A stretch of DNA of 63,993 bases, counting the filler. It is 8 parts of 8 records of this genome, joined end to end, with 100 filler letters (N's around TTAATTAATTAA, not from the genome) between each part and the next. Parts side by side here need not be neighbours in the genome. Positions count along the whole stretch, not along the records: positions 8,705 to 20,127 come from SRR31147125_53019; positions 20,228 to 28,881 come from SRR31147125_53106; positions 28,982 to 39,733 come from SRR31147125_53158; 5 more parts are not named here. The stretch is one strand, 5' to 3'. The first letter of the stretch is position 1; each line of letters begins with the position of its first letter. Below, in pieces: positions 19,383 through 31,944 of the stretch. Both the position numbers and the translations under genes were made by a program. Under the pieces are notes generated by a model. It did no database searches, was not told the origin of the DNA, and worked only from the letters and a program-made list of their open reading frames with translations.

Positions 19383-19649
19383 TTGACACAGGATAGAAAC
19401 ACACCTATTCGTACCTGCATTGGTTGCGGAGCCAAAAAGTTCAAATATGATCTTGTTCGGCTTGTTGCAGATAATCAAGCCACGATTCTCATCGATGAGC
19501 AGCAAAATCTCCCTGGACGTGGCGCCTATATATGCAAAAACAAAAAATGTCTCGCAAAAGCGTATCAAAAAAATAAATTCCACAAGGCATTACGGCATTC
19601 TTTTTCAAAAGAATCCGTAGCGAATCTTTTAAACAAGTTTACAGAATGA
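19383..19649 (+). CDS. ylxR: YlxR/RnpM family RNA-binding protein (DUF448)
   Basis: PIRTCIGC..K...L.R.V and GRGAYIC...C motifs. Confidence 0.92.
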   Translation: MTQDRNTPIRTCIGCGAKKFKYDLVRLVADNQATILIDEQQNLPGRGAYICKNKKCLAKAYQKNKFHKALRHSFSKESVANLLNKFTE

Positions 19650-19959
19650 AAAATATCGATAAAATCATCCCAATCCTGGGATTTGCTAAAAGAGCCAATA
19701 AACTTTCAATGGGGCGCACTCCTGTCCTGGCTTCACTTACGACGGAAAAAGCCTATCTTGTGCTTTTTTCCCTGGACGCGTCTCCTACATTAATAAAAAA
19801 ATAAGCCATGACTGTCAGGATAACGTACCTCATATTACGTTGCCATTAACAAAAGAGGAATTGGGGCAGGCGCTTGGTAGAAAACAAATAGGTGTCATTT
19901 CTGTTTGTGATCAACAGTTCACAAAATCCATCAAAAATCTTTTATCAGCCGATGAATAA
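19646..19959 (+). CDS. ylxQ: L7Ae/YlxQ family protein (frameshift in A-run near 19800)
   Basis: Manual translation gives LGFAKRANKL..G...DAS, then after adding one A, TKEELGQALGRK.IGVISVCD..F. ATGA overlap with ylxR. Confidence 0.8.
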
Positions 19960-20127
19960 TGGTTTCAGTATGTTGATGCAAAATACCAGAATACGAAATC
20001 AATCTGTAAAAACATATGATATAACAAGACACATTATATTCGCCGGAGATTAAAATTGATTGTACCTCCAGAGCATAAAGTCGCAGAGATAACAAAAAGA
20101 TTAGAAAATAACCTGGGAATCCCTGCG

Positions 20128-20227
20128 NNNNNNNNNNNNNNNNNNNNNNNNNNNNNNNNNNNNNNNNNNNNTTAATTAATTAANNNNNNNNNNNNNNNNN
20201 NNNNNNNNNNNNNNNNNNNNNNNNNNN
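20128..20227. other. Artificial contig spacer
   Basis: N run with TTAATTAATTAA. Confidence 0.98.
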
Positions 20228-20228
20228 A

Positions 20229-21166
20229 GACCTTACCATCAGGACCGGGAAAAGCGGCAGCAGCGGAAGCAGCGGAAGCAGCGGCAGCAGCGGAAGCGTC
20301 AGCCTGGTCCTAAAAGAGGCCACCCTGCCTGGCCGGGAAATCAGCCTGGAGGCAGATTGCCTGGTGGTTCCGGACACCCTTGCGCCGCTGGTCGGATTTA
20401 AAGAGATTGCTGCCCTGCTCAGGACAGACCTGGACAAAGAAGGCCTTCTCCAGTCCCCCAATGTCCGGCATCGACTGATTTCCAGCCCCAGGCGGGGAAT
20501 TTTCTTTGCCGGCCCCTGCCACGATGAGATAGACGACCAGGATCTGGCCCGGGAAATCCGGGCCATCATGGCCAACCTGTTCCTTGAGCACCGGGCCTCC
20601 CCCATGCCCGAGGCAGTCCGAATCTCCATCGATGAAACAGCATGCGCCCAATGTCTGACCTGTTACCGGGTCTGCCCCCATGGCGCCGTGATTCTCAATG
20701 ACAAGCACCGGCCCCAGATCATGCCCCAGGCCTGTTTTGCCTGTATGGCCTGTGTGTCCAACTGCCCGGCCTGCGCCATAGGGGCTGACGGCCTTGCCCC
20801 CAGCAGCCTTACCGCCGGTGCTGAAAAGGAAAAACCATAATTATGGCCTGCCAGCGATCCGGCGCCCTTGCGGCGGGCAGCCTGCCGGAAGACACCACCC
20901 TGGTCAGCATTCCCTGTGCCTGCAGTATCCGTTCAGACATGCTCATAAATCCTTTGATCAACGGCGCGGACAGGGTCATTGTCACTGCCTGCCACCCGGG
21001 CAATTGCCAGTCTGAAACAGGCAGTGCCATGGCCAAAAAACAGGTGGAAACCGCTGCTGCCCTTCCCGGTGTTGGCCAGGGAAAACTTGGGTTTCACACT
21101 GTGGCGGCCAATGAACCCCTGGCCTTCACCCGTATGATTTCACCGCCACAAGGGAGGACATCATGA
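20229..21166 (+). CDS. HdrA-like C-terminus plus 2x[4Fe-4S] plus MvhD/FlpD domain fusion (5' truncated; frameshift near 20835)
   Basis: GIFFAGPC, CAQCLTCYRVCP and CFACMACVSNCP, then MvhD-like CQRS, PC..S and GAD.V...ACHPGNC. One extra A in GAAAAA joins the two ORFs. Confidence 0.8.
20253..20297 (+). repeat. 9-bp tandem repeat x5 encoding (SGS)5
   Basis: AGCGG(C/A)AGC repeated five times, in frame. Confidence 0.9.
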
Positions 21167-22377
21167 CCCGGAACAGCCTGCCCCCGGATTCGGAACTGGC
21201 CCGGCACATGGACACCATGGGGATCGGAGACAATGCCTCAGAATGCCTGACCTGCGGGGCCTGCAACTCAAGATGCACCTGGTTTGACGGAAAAGGCGGC
21301 CCCATGCCCCGGCAAATGGTCCGCATGGCTGCCCTGGGACTGGACAATGACCTCATTGACAGCCGCATGCTCTGGGACTGCCTCATCTGCAACCGCTGCA
21401 CCCAGGCCTGCCCCATGGAGATCAAAATGGACATGGTGGTCCGCAAAGGCCGCAGCCTGTCCGCAGCCCAGCCCGGCACACCCAAGGATATCGCCAAGGG
21501 CCTTAGCACCCGGCTTGAGGTGGGGGATGTTAACGGCCTGACCACCGAAGAGTTTGTGGAAACCGTTGAATGGGTCTCCGAAGAATTTTCCGACGAGGTG
21601 GAAGATGCCGCCGCAACAATCCCCTACGACAAGAGGGACTGCACCTTTTTGTACATGCCCAATCCCAGAGAACTTGGCATCAACCTGCTACATCTGACAG
21701 CCATGGCAAAACTATTCTACGGCATAGGGGAAACCTGGACCTTGTCCTCTGCCCACACCGATGTTACCAATTGGGGTTATTTTCTGGGAAATGATGAGGT
21801 CATGAAAACACTTTGCCTCAGGGTGGTGGAGGGGGCGGAAAAACTTGGGGCCGGCACTCTGGTGCTCAGTGAATGCGGCCATGCCTACCATGTATACAGG
21901 CACCTGCTGGCCGATATCATCGGACGCCCTCCCAAATTCCGGGTCATGAGCATGCCCGAACTGATCCTGGAATATGCCCGGAAGGGCAGGCTGAACCTTG
22001 ACCCCGGGAGTCACCCCTACAAAATCGCCTTTCACGATCCCTGTAACATCGCCCGGAAGTCCGGGGGATATGAGGCCCCAAGGCAAGTTCTGGCCCTGTG
22101 CTGTGAGGAGGTGGTTGAACTCACACCCAACCGGGAGGACGGCATCTGCTGCGGGGGCGGGGGCGGCGTTCTCCAGGATGCCAGCTCCACCAAAAAACGG
22201 ATGATTACAGGCAAACCCAAAGCGGATCAGATGCAGGCCACCGGGCTTTCCCACATTGCCACGGCCTGCCTGTCCTGCCATCGCCAGCTGGGTGAGCTGT
22301 CCAAGCATTTCAAACTGGACATGACCGTGGATACCGTGGCCGCCCTGGCCTCGGAATCCCTGATTCTTAACAAATGA
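21163..22377 (+). CDS. HdrD-like Fe-S oxidoreductase (4Fe-4S plus CCG domains)
   Basis: CLTCGACNSRC, CLICNRCTQACP, ECGH, HDPC and CCGGGGG motifs. Confidence 0.9.
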   Translation: MTRNSLPPDSELARHMDTMGIGDNASECLTCGACNSRCTWFDGKGGPMPRQMVRMAALGLDNDLIDSRMLWDCLICNRCTQACPMEIKMDMVVRKGRSLSAAQPGTPKDIAKGLSTRLEVGDVNGLTTEEFVETVEWVSEEFSDEVEDAAATIPYDKRDCTFLYMPNPRELGINLLHLTAMAKLFYGIGETWTLSSAHTDVTNWGYFLGNDEVMKTLCLRVVEGAEKLGAGTLVLSECGHAYHVYRHLLADIIGRPPKFRVMSMPELILEYARKGRLNLDPGSHPYKIAFHDPCNIARKSGGYEAPRQVLALCCEEVVELTPNREDGICCGGGGGVLQDASSTKKRMITGKPKADQMQATGLSHIATACLSCHRQLGELSKHFKLDMTVDTVAALASESLILNK

Positions 22378-22397
22378 ACCCAAAGACTGCCACGCCA

Positions 22398-22991
22398 ATG
22401 AAAACCCTGTTGATCATCTCTGACATTTTCGGTGCCACTCCAGCCCTGGCCCAACTGGCCAGGGAGCTTGGGGACAGCCTGAGAGAAACCCTTCCCTCTC
22501 TTTCAACGGACATCCTTGCCCCCTATGATAAGGACACCTGGTTTGAGGATGAAGCCCAGGCCTACGCTTACTTTACCAGGCACCTGGGCATCAAGGCCTA
22601 TGCAGAACGGATCGGCCGTCATCTTGACAAGACCCCCAACCCGACAATCCTCCTGGCCTTCAGTGCAGGGGCCTCAGCCATCTGGCACCTTGCGGGAACC
22701 GCCCCCTGCCCCAGGGTCATTGGGGCGGTGGGCTTTTACGGCTCTCAGATCCGCCATGACACCTGTTTGTCGCCCCGAATTGACATTCACCTGATTTATC
22801 CGGACTCCGAGCCCCATTTTGATGTGGATAATCTGATGGCCATATTATCAGATACGCCCGGAACCTCCTGTGAAAAAGCCGAGGGGCGACATGGGTTTAT
22901 GAACCGCTTGTCAGATCATTTCGATGAACACCTTTACCGCACCTTTATCAGGGAACGCCTGCCCGAGCGCCTGATGTCCATGATAACCTGA
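22398..22991 (+). CDS. Dienelactone hydrolase family protein
   Basis: SDIFG, AFSAGA nucleophile elbow, FYGSQIR and HGFMN motifs. Confidence 0.85.
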   Translation: MKTLLIISDIFGATPALAQLARELGDSLRETLPSLSTDILAPYDKDTWFEDEAQAYAYFTRHLGIKAYAERIGRHLDKTPNPTILLAFSAGASAIWHLAGTAPCPRVIGAVGFYGSQIRHDTCLSPRIDIHLIYPDSEPHFDVDNLMAILSDTPGTSCEKAEGRHGFMNRLSDHFDEHLYRTFIRERLPERLMSMIT

Positions 22992-23012
22992 TAAAATTCC
23001 CTTTACCAAAAA

Positions 23013-24040
23013 TCATGCACTGAAATCCGGAATGGGGACCCGATAGCTGCCATGGCGTTTGAGCATCCATCCGGGATATTCTTCGGGCAATGCACTGGCC
23101 TTGTCCAGCTCGGCAAGAACCTCTTTTGAAAGGACAATTTGTGTCACCTTCAAATTTTCCTCCAGCTGTTCTTGGGTTTTTGCCCCCAGGATCACACTGG
23201 TCACCCCGGGCTGGTGCAGCAGCCAGGATAAGGCCAGGGCGGCAACGGAAATCCCCAGGGCACTGGAGAGTTTTTCCATCACCGGCAATACCCCAAAGGC
23301 CCGGTCCAAATCCACGGGGGAAAGTTAAATTCTTTTCTCCGGGCATTGTCCGGCCCGCTGCCGTCTCTGCGATATTTTCCCGATAAAAGGCCTCCGGCCA
23401 GAGGACTCCACACCATCAGCCCCAGATCCTGATCCTTGAGCAAGGGGATCAACTCCCGTTCCAGATCCCGCCCGGCAATGGTGTAATAGGCCTGGAGGGT
23501 TTCAAATCGCTGTAGCCCGCACTTGTCCGACACCCACAAGGATTTCATCAATTGCCAGGCCGCCAGGTTGGAGCACCCCACATACCGGACCTTCCCGGAA
23601 TGTACCAAGTCATCCAGGGCCCTCAGGGTCTCTTCCACTGGAGTCAAGGGATCAAAACCGTGGATCTGGTAAAGGTCGATATAATCGGTCTGCAGCCGGG
23701 AGAGACTTTGGTCCACTGCATCCATGATATGCCCCCTGGACAATCCGGCATCATTAGGGCCCGGCCCCATGCGGCCATAAACCTTGGTGGCCAAGACCAC
23801 CTCCTTGCGCCGGCCTTTCAAAGCCTTGCCCAGGATAATTTCCGCCTCCCCTTCCGAATACATGTTTGCCGTGTCAATAAAGTTAATGCCGGCATCCAGG
23901 GCTTTTCCGGTCAGGGAGTCTGCGGTTTTCTGGGACTGACCGCCAAAGGCCTTCCACCAGCCCTTGCCCCCAAAAGTCATGGTGCCAAAGCATAATTCCG
24001 ATACCAAAAGGCCGGTACGGCCAAGTTTCTTGTACTTCAT
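23013..24040 (-). CDS. Aldo/keto reductase (frameshift near 23318)
   Basis: LGRTGL.VS..CFGTMTFG, DTANMY, DYIDLYQIH and WSPLAGG motifs; the C-terminus continues in ORF 23013-23315. Confidence 0.9.
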
Positions 24041-24118
24041 ATCTTAATTTTCCTTTCACAGGGGGTTATCCTGGGTTACGGCATCCAAAAGCTGCAATCT
24101 CTTGCCCCGGGCTGACAT

Positions 24119-25597
24119 TCACCTTGCGTCCATCCCCCGGAATGGGCCTGAATCGTCAGGCAGGGTAATGCCCCGGCGCTCAAGCAAAGAGCCTTCGGCC
24201 AGGAAAAGCTTGATCAGGGCGATGCGATAATTGATCACGGCCCGGACTTCGGCAATCTGGCTGGACAAAAGGTCCCGCTGGGCCTGGGCCACCAGAAGGG
24301 AGGTGCCTGCCCCGACCTTGAAGCGCTCCTGCTCCGAAATCAGGGTCTGTTCCTCATACTCCCGGGTTTTCCGGGAGGCAAAAATCTGCTGCCGGGTCCG
24401 CGCCACCTCATTGACGGCCAGGCTGACCTGGAACCGGATGGCATGTTTGAGGGTGTCAATGGCGGCCCGGGCCCGGGCCTGGGACAATTGGGCCGCCCTG
24501 TGCCGGGCGGTGGCCTCCCGGTTTCCCAGGTATTGGCTAAGAGAGATCCCGGCACCGATGTCATGATCTTCCGGGGTCATATTTGAAATACTTTCCCCCG
24601 GGCTTGGGCCGAATCCGTTGATGCCCAAGGTGATGAAAAAATCCAGTTTGGGCAGCATTCCGTTCCGGGTGACCACCACCTCAAGCACTCCCCGGTCCCG
24701 TTTCAACTGGGCCTCCTGAAGATCCGGTCTGGCATCCAGTGCAAGGGCCATGCGGTCTGCCAGGTCTTCCGGGATCTTTTCATGGATGGCCGGACGGCTC
24801 AGGGCGGTAACGCCAAGGTCCAGCCGGTCCGGGTTCACCAGCCAAAGCAAGGTCAGACGCCGCTGTGTCACAAGGCTGTTTGCATTGATCAGGGCCTGGT
24901 TTCGGATGGCTTCCTCGGCCCGGGCTGCTGCGGCCTCGTTTTCCGGAAGCAGGCCCACCTCAATCTGCTGTTCCACCTCGTCCCGCTGCTGGGCGGCCAC
25001 ATCTAGGGACCGCTGAAAAATCTGGATCTCTTTTAAGGCCAGGACATACTGCCAATAGGCGGTTTCCGTTTCAGCCACCAAGGCCTGGATAAATCCTTTT
25101 AATTCGTAAACGCTGGCCAGGGTATCCAGCCTTCGCTGGCGAACGCCGGCCAGGTTGACAATACGCCCCCGGCCCCGGAGCAGGGCCTGGGTGACGGAAA
25201 GTTCGACCCGGGTATTGTGGCGGGAGTTGCGGTCTTCCGAGGAATCTTTGTCATAGGCCAAATCCGCCGTCATCCGGGTTCCCGGGGCAAATCGTTTTCT
25301 GACCCCGGCCTCGACCTCAATGGTACGGTCCTGATCCGTGCTGTCATCCATCTGCCTTTCCCAGGCAAACTCCCCGTAAAGCTCAGGGTCAAACCGGCCC
25401 ATCTCAATCTCTTCAAATGTGGCGGCAATTTTTGGAGAGAACCGTTGGATTTCAAGATCCCGGTTGTTCTCCAAGGCCATAAACACCGCCGCTTCCACTG
25501 TCAGATCCAGGGATGGCCCAGGGGATGCTGCCGTAAAAACAGCAGCCCCAAAAACCAGGGCCAATCCAGACATCAAAGCCGCACCCCAGCGCATCAT
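24119..25597 (-). CDS. TolC-family outer membrane efflux protein
   Basis: Signal peptide and OEP repeats ([14 protein letters not shown]...L.V.QAQ). Confidence 0.88.
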   Translation of the reverse strand: MMRWGAALMSGLALVFGAAVFTAASPGPSLDLTVEAAVFMALENNRDLEIQRFSPKIAATFEEIEMGRFDPELYGEFAWERQMDDSTDQDRTIEVEAGVRKRFAPGTRMTADLAYDKDSSEDRNSRHNTRVELSVTQALLRGRGRIVNLAGVRQRRLDTLASVYELKGFIQALVAETETAYWQYVLALKEIQIFQRSLDVAAQQRDEVEQQIEVGLLPENEAAAARAEEAIRNQALINANSLVTQRRLTLLWLVNPDRLDLGVTALSRPAIHEKIPEDLADRMALALDARPDLQEAQLKRDRGVLEVVVTRNGMLPKLDFFITLGINGFGPSPGESISNMTPEDHDIGAGISLSQYLGNREATARHRAAQLSQARARAAIDTLKHAIRFQVSLAVNEVARTRQQIFASRKTREYEEQTLISEQERFKVGAGTSLLVAQAQRDLLSSQIAEVRAVINYRIALIKLFLAEGSLLERRGITLPDDSGPFRGMDAR

Positions 25598-28500
25598 TGC
25601 CGGTCCTCCTTTTTTCAGGGTGAAACAGGGAATAGACCGCCGGGATCAGCACCAGGGTGATAAGGGTGGATCCGGTAAGCCCGCCCACAACGGTCCGGGC
25701 CAGGGGAGCCTGGGCCTGCGCCCCTTCCCCCAGCCCCAATGCCAATGGCAACAGCCCCAGTATGGTGGTCATGGTGGTCATAAGGATAGGCCTCAGCCGA
25801 CGTCGCCCCGCCTCGGTCACTGCCTCTCGAACACAGACCCCTTCCCGGCTGAGCCGACCGGCCTGGTCCACCAGAAGGATGGCGTTGTTCACCACAATGC
25901 CCCCCAGCATAATGCAGCCGATATAGGACTGAAGATTAAGGGTGGTCCGGGTAAAATACAGGGTGACCAGCACTCCGATGGCAGCCAGAGGGACTGAAAA
26001 CATCACCACCAATGGGTTGACCAATGATTCGTATTGGCAGGCCATCACCATATAGACCAATAAAAGGGACATGACCAGGGAGATCACAAGCTCCTTGAAC
26101 GCCTTTTGCTGTTCCTCGTAGTTTCCAGCCACTGTCAGGTCATACCCGGCCGGCCGGGGAATAGTCTGCAGGCGAGTCTGGATCTGGGCGGCAGCCGATC
26201 CCACAGGACGCCCGGCCACGTTGGCTGACACCGACACCACCCGCTGCTGGTCCTTTCTTTCGATGAGAATGGGGCCTCTGCCGGTTCTCACAGAGACCAG
26301 ATTTCGGATGGCCACCTGCCGGCCCGATGCCGCTGTCAAAGTCAGGTCCAGCAATTCCCCAAGGGACCGTTGCTCCGCATCCTTGAGCTGAATCAGTATC
26401 CGGCAGGAATCTGCCTGGCTTCGGTACTCTCCGGCCTTGGTGCCCACAACGGCAGTCGACAGGACATCCACCACATCCTTGACCGACAATCCCAAGTCTG
26501 CGGCCTTGTCCCGGTCCACCAGAATTTCCTGCTGGGGGGTGCCGTCCTCACGACTGACCTGGACATCGGTAACCCCGGGAACCTCCTGGAGCACAGCTGC
26601 CGCCTTCCGGGCCAGGGCATCCAGGACTGAAAGATCCCGGCCCCTGACATCCACAACAATGCCCTCATCCGACCCCAGGATCCTGCCCAGCAGGAACTGC
26701 CCCTGGGGGGCCCGGGTCCAAATTTTCATGCCTGGAATTTTTCCGGCCACCTGCTTACGAAGATCCTTAGCAATTTGGGTATTTGACCGCTCTCTTTGGG
26801 AGGATGGCACCAGGGACATGCGAATCCTGACCCTTGACGCCGCACCGGGATTCCAGCCGGGTGGCCCCACACGGACCACCGAAGAAACCGCTTCAGGTAC
26901 GGCCGGATAAACCAGGGCCTCCATCTTTTTGGCCTGCTCATTCACCAGTGCCAGACGGGTCCCCTGCTCCATTTCACCGTAAATTCGAACCTCCCCCTCG
27001 TCACTGGGGGGCAAAAATTCCGTGCCAATGCCTGGGACCAGAAGCAGGCTGGCCCCCAAAAGGCAGAAGGAAACAAAAACCGTGGTTTTCCGATGGTCCA
27101 AAACCTTTCCCAAAAGCCGGACATACCGGGTATTCACCCATTGGAACACCCTTTCGGAAAGGGCAAAGGAACGGGCCAGAAACGACCCGTCTTTCCTGCC
27201 GTTGGCAGGGGTAAAGGCCAGCAGTCTGGACGTAAGCATGGGAACCAGGGACAAGGAGACCAAAAAGGCGCAGATCAGTGAAAACATAATCACATAGGCC
27301 ATCTGCTTAAAAAGGACTCCAGAGACCCCCCGGACAAAAATAAGGGGCAAAAAAATTACAAGGGTGGTGGCAGTGCTGGCCAGAATGGCCGGTCCCACTT
27401 CCCCTGCCCCCGCCACCGAGGCCTGTTCCGCTGTTTCTCCTTTTTCCGTTCTGCGCCGAAAAATATTTTCCAGGACAACAATGGAGCTGTCCACCATCAT
27501 GCCCACCCCGAGGGCCAGTCCCCCCAGGGTCATAAGATTCAGGGTAAACCCGCCGAAAAACATCAAAGCAAAGGTGGCCACCATGCAAATGGGGATGGAC
27601 AAAGAAATCACAAGGGTGCTGCGCAGGGTGCGCAGGAAAAAAAGGAGGACAAGAACTGCCAGGCCGGAACCGTACATCACAGACCTGGCTACATTTTGGA
27701 TAGACCGCTCAATAAAGTTGCCCTGGTTGATCACCGGCACCACATGAATCTGGGGCAGGGCAAGATTGATCTCCCTGATCTGGTTTAAAATCCGCTTGGA
27801 AACTTCCACGGTATTGGCATTGGACTCCTTGCGCACGGCCACCTGAACCCCCCGCTCCCCGTTGACCCGGACGATGCGGTTCCGCTTTTCATGGGTTTCC
27901 CGAACCACGGCGATCTGCCCCAGCCGCACCATTCCCCCCGGCCTCCGGAGCACAATGGTATTTCGGATCTGATCCAGATCAGTATACTCTGCCGGGGCCC
28001 TGAGAACCACAGAGTACCGCCCCTGGTCCAGACTGCCTGTGGGCTGATCCAGGTTTGCGCTTTTAAGGGCCTGGATAATCCGGTCCATGGGCACCCCCAA
28101 AGCCTTGATCCGGTCCGGATCCACTTCAACACGCACCTCCCGGGTAAATCCCCCCCAAAGATCCACTTGGGCCACCCCTGGAATCCGGGCAAACCGATAC
28201 CGGACCTGGTCCTCGATAAGCGTTGTCAATTCCACCGGATCCAGGCGGCTGGAGATCCCCAGCAAGACCACAGGAAAAGCGTTAACGTCAAACTTCCTGA
28301 TCCTGGGCCTCACCACCTCATCGGGCAGTTCACTGAGTTCATCCTCCAGAACCGAACGGACATCCAGGGCAGCCACATCGATATCCGTTCCCCAGGCAAA
28401 ACTTAAGTCAATGCTGCTGCGGCCCTCGGATGAGGTGGAGGTCATCTGCTCTACCCCGGGCACCGTGGCCACAATCTCCTCAACGATTCGGGTCACCAGG

Positions 28501-28682
28501 CGTTCGATAACTTCCGGGCTTGCGCCCTCGTAATAGGTACGCACAGACAGGGCGGGCATCTCCACATCCGGCAACAGGTCAATCTGAAGACGACTTAAGG
28601 CCACAGCCCCCACCACCACGACCATTAGGGCAATCATTGTGGTAAATACAGGACGCTTGACGCTGAATCCGGGCAGGGTCAT
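25452..28682 (-). CDS. RND efflux transporter permease (AcrB family)
   Basis: [26 protein letters not shown] and RRLRPILMT motifs. True stop is probably about 25594, with an A-run indel extending the ORF. Confidence 0.93.
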   Translation of the reverse strand: MTLPGFSVKRPVFTTMIALMVVVVGAVALSRLQIDLLPDVEMPALSVRTYYEGASPEVIERLVTRIVEEIVATVPGVEQMTSTSSEGRSSIDLSFAWGTDIDVAALDVRSVLEDELSELPDEVVRPRIRKFDVNAFPVVLLGISSRLDPVELTTLIEDQVRYRFARIPGVAQVDLWGGFTREVRVEVDPDRIKALGVPMDRIIQALKSANLDQPTGSLDQGRYSVVLRAPAEYTDLDQIRNTIVLRRPGGMVRLGQIAVVRETHEKRNRIVRVNGERGVQVAVRKESNANTVEVSKRILNQIREINLALPQIHVVPVINQGNFIERSIQNVARSVMYGSGLAVLVLLFFLRTLRSTLVISLSIPICMVATFALMFFGGFTLNLMTLGGLALGVGMMVDSSIVVLENIFRRRTEKGETAEQASVAGAGEVGPAILASTATTLVIFLPLIFVRGVSGVLFKQMAYVIMFSLICAFLVSLSLVPMLTSRLLAFTPANGRKDGSFLARSFALSERVFQWVNTRYVRLLGKVLDHRKTTVFVSFCLLGASLLLVPGIGTEFLPPSDEGEVRIYGEMEQGTRLALVNEQAKKMEALVYPAVPEAVSSVVRVGPPGWNPGAASRVRIRMSLVPSSQRERSNTQIAKDLRKQVAGKIPGMKIWTRAPQGQFLLGRILGSDEGIVVDVRGRDLSVLDALARKAAAVLQEVPGVTDVQVSREDGTPQQEILVDRDKAADLGLSVKDVVDVLSTAVVGTKAGEYRSQADSCRILIQLKDAEQRSLGELLDLTLTAASGRQVAIRNLVSVRTGRGPILIERKDQQRVVSVSANVAGRPVGSAAAQIQTRLQTIPRPAGYDLTVAGNYEEQQKAFKELVISLVMSLLLVYMVMACQYESLVNPLVVMFSVPLAAIGVLVTLYFTRTTLNLQSYIGCIMLGGIVVNNAILLVDQAGRLSREGVCVREAVTEAGRRRLRPILMTTMTTILGLLPLALGLGEGAQAQAPLARTVVGGLTGSTLITLVLIPAVYSLFHPEKRRTGNDALGCGFDVWIGPGFWGCCFYGSIPWAIPGSDSGSGGVYGLGEQPGS

Positions 28683-28881
28683 TTACCGCCTCCAGGAATG
28701 GTAATTTGGGAGCCATTCTCCAGCATCTGCTGGCCCAGGGTCACCACCCGTCCGCCCGGGGGAAGGCCTGAGACCTGGATTCGATTCCCCTCCTGAATGC
28801 CTGGGGTCACCGGCTGCCATGTCACGGTGAGATCCGCCTCCCGGATAAGAAACACCCCATATGCTTTGTTGCGTCGGGTCA
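28679..28881 (-). CDS. RND membrane fusion protein, C-terminal fragment
   Basis: [29 protein letters not shown] overlap with the RND gene. Confidence 0.8.
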
Positions 28882-28981
28882 NNNNNNNNNNNNNNNNNNN
28901 NNNNNNNNNNNNNNNNNNNNNNNNNTTAATTAATTAANNNNNNNNNNNNNNNNNNNNNNNNNNNNNNNNNNNNNNNNNNNN
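28882..28981. other. Artificial contig spacer
   Basis: N run with TTAATTAATTAA. Confidence 0.98.
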
Positions 28982-30234
28982 AGGTCATCCCTTACGGTCG
29001 CACCAACAAACTGATGATCCTCGGTAGCGATACCTTTATTACCGAAGCGGTCAAACTGATTGCTCAGATCGATGAAAAAGCAGATGCCGGCCATTCCGGA
29101 GTGCATGTCTATTATCTGGAGCATGCGGAGGCAGACGGGCTCTCGGAGACGCTCAACCGGATCATCGCCGGTACGGTAAAAAACAGCGCTGCCAAGAAGG
29201 ATTCCAAGGGGCAGGAGGTCTTTGGTGACGTCGTGGTCACGGCGGACAAGCCGACCAACGCTCTGATCGTGAATGCGACATCTAAAGATTACGAAAATAT
29301 TGAGGGCCTGATTCATCAGCTGGATATCAAGCGCAAGCAGGTGTTTGTCGAAGCGTTAATCCTGGAACTGTCCATGGACGCTCTGCTTGATCTGGGTGTG
29401 TCTTTGCAGGGAGCCGTTGAAACCGGAAGTGACAGTGTTGTCATCGGTTCGACCAATACGTCCGATTCGATTGAAAATACGGCGTCTACGCTCACTGATG
29501 CTGTCGATGGTATTCTCCTTGGGGGATTGTTTAATCCGATCACAACGGTTCTCAACGGAGAATCAGTGACGGTCCCGGCTCTGTCTGCTTTGATCAGTCT
29601 GTCTCAAACAGATACGGATGTGAATGTCTTATCGGCTCCGCGGCTGCTGACCTCTGATAACGAAGAGGCGGAAATTGTTGTTGGTCGCAATGTCCCGATT
29701 ATCACCTCGACAACAAAGGACAGTGATGGGGAGGCGATCAATACCGTTGAACGCTACGATGCTGCCTTGACTCTGCGTTTTACCCCCCAGATCACCGAAG
29801 GGGATCTGGTCCGGCTGACAATCTATCAGGAGATCAGTGACGTGACCGATTCGGTCGGTAACGTTGATGATGTCGGACCGACCTTCACCAAGCGTCTGCT
29901 GCAGAATTCTATTGTTGCAGAGGATGGCAAGACGGTTGTTCTGGGTGGTCTGTTCCAGAACAATGTCACCAAGTCAGAGACTAAAATCCCTCTTCTCGGC
30001 GATATCCCTTTCCTCGGGCGCTTGTTCAGAAGGACGTCGGATGATGAAAGCAAAACCAGTCTGCTCGTTTTCATTACGCCAAGAGTTATCCGCAACAGTG
30101 GTGATCTCGAACGAATCACACGTGAAAATCGTGCCAGCCTGGACATGTTTCAGGACGAAGATGGCGTGGGGAATATCTTCGAGTTGGATGAGAGCTTGCT
30201 GTCGGGGAAACCTGCTTCAGAGGTTAAGGAATAA
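28982..30234 (+). CDS. gspD: Type II secretion secretin (5' truncated)
   Basis: QVFVEALILE, NVLSAPRLLTSDNEEAEI and KIPLLGDIPFLGRLF motifs. Confidence 0.93.
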
Positions 30235-30237
30235 CCG

Positions 30238-31940
30238 ATGCGTCCGATCCGCTGGCGCCAGCTGGGCGAGATTCTAATCTCGGAGAAAGGGGTCCCTGAG
30301 GATGTCGTCCGTCAAGCTCTGCGTGAGCAGGAAGACAGTTCACGGATGTTGGGTGAAATCCTGCGTGAAAAGGGCGAGATGAATGATGTCGTCCTGGCGG
30401 AAGCGCTCGCCATCCAGAGCGGTATGGAGTATGTCGCCGAACCGAAGGTCAAGGCCAGCGCACTGCACCTGCTGACGACGATCCCGATCAGTTACGCCAA
30501 GGAAAACCTTGCGATCCCTCTCGAAATCGATGGACAGACCATCCGCCTGGGAGTTGTTGACCCGGCCAACAACAGGATCCTGAATGATCTGTCGGTGATG
30601 ACCGGGTGCCGGATTATCCCCTGCCTGGCCGAGGCCGACAAGCTGATGGCTGCCATCAATCAGGGCTATGAGACGTTGAGTGGGGGTGGTGACAGCTCGA
30701 TATCGGATATCGGTCGGGACGACATCGATCTGGACGACACTGTTCAGGTCGAGGATCTTCTCGATACCAGTGATGAAGCGCCGATTATCCGTTTTGTCAA
30801 CAGTCTTCTCACGCAGGCCTATCGCCAGCGTGCCAGCGATATTCATATTGAACCTTTTGAAAATGAAGCTGTCGTTCGCTACCGGGTCGACGGGATCCTT
30901 TACGAGGTACAAAAGCCGCCACTGCGCGCACTGGCAAATATCGTCTCCCGCCTGAAGATTATGGCGAATTTGGACATCGCTGAAAAACGCTTACCTCAGG
31001 ATGGCCGTTTTTCCGTCCGGATCGCTGGGAAGGAGGCCGATGTCCGGGTTTCGACGCTGCCGACGGCGTATGGTGAGCGGATCGTTCTGCGTTTGCTTGA
31101 CAAAAGTGCCGGACTGCTCGGCCTGGGTGATATCGGAATCGACGGGGATCTCCTGCCGCAAATCGAGGGAATGATCAATAAGAGCCACGGGATTTTTCTG
31201 GTCACCGGGCCGACGGGTGCCGGTAAGACGACGACGCTCTATTCGGCCCTGTCATCGATCAACTCCCGTGAGCAGAATATCATTACGGTTGAGGATCCGA
31301 TCGAATATCAGCTGCCGGGAGTCGGGCAGATCCAGGTCAATCCGAAAATCAACTTGACCTTTGCTCAAGGGCTGCGCTCGATCCTCCGCCAGGATCCCGA
31401 TATCATTATGGTGGGTGAGATTCGTGACAGCGAAACAGCCAAGATCGCCGTACAGGCGGCTTTAACCGGGCACCTGGTTTTCTCGACGTTGCACACCAAT
31501 GACTCGGCGGGGGCTCTGGCCCGACTGGTCGAGATGGGGGTCGAACCTTTTCTGGCGGCCTCAGCTCTGGTGGGTGTTATCGCTCAGCGGTTGGTTCGCA
31601 CCGTCTGTCCCCACTGCCGCGTCAGTTATCGTCCGGACCCACAGGTTCTGGAGCAGCTGTTCGAGGACGAATCGATTCCGGGCGATGCGACCTTCTATCG
31701 CGGGCGCGGCTGCAGTCATTGCATGCAGGTGGGGTATCTTGGCCGAACCGGTTTGTACGAACTGCTGGAAGTGACTGATCCGATCAGGCAGCTGATAACG
31801 GCCAACGCAGACGCCTCGATGATTCGACAGAAAGCGATGAAAATGGGGATGGCGCCTTTGCGCCGGGCAGGTTTGAAAAAGCGTTGTCCGGTGAGACGAC
31901 GGTTGAGGAAATTCTAAGAGTCACACAGGAAGAGGTCTGA
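30238..31940 (+). CDS. gspE: Type II secretion ATPase (frameshift near 3' end)
   Basis: ASDIHIEP, GPTGAGKTT, LRQDPD and a Cys4 motif; corrected end G.TTVEEILRVT at 31940. Confidence 0.93.
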
Positions 31941-31944
31941 GAAC

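Noticed and set aside
20229-21166. Selenocysteine in HdrA/MvhD
   Set aside because: All expected positions are Cys codons, and the break is a frameshift ending in TAA, not an in-frame TGA.
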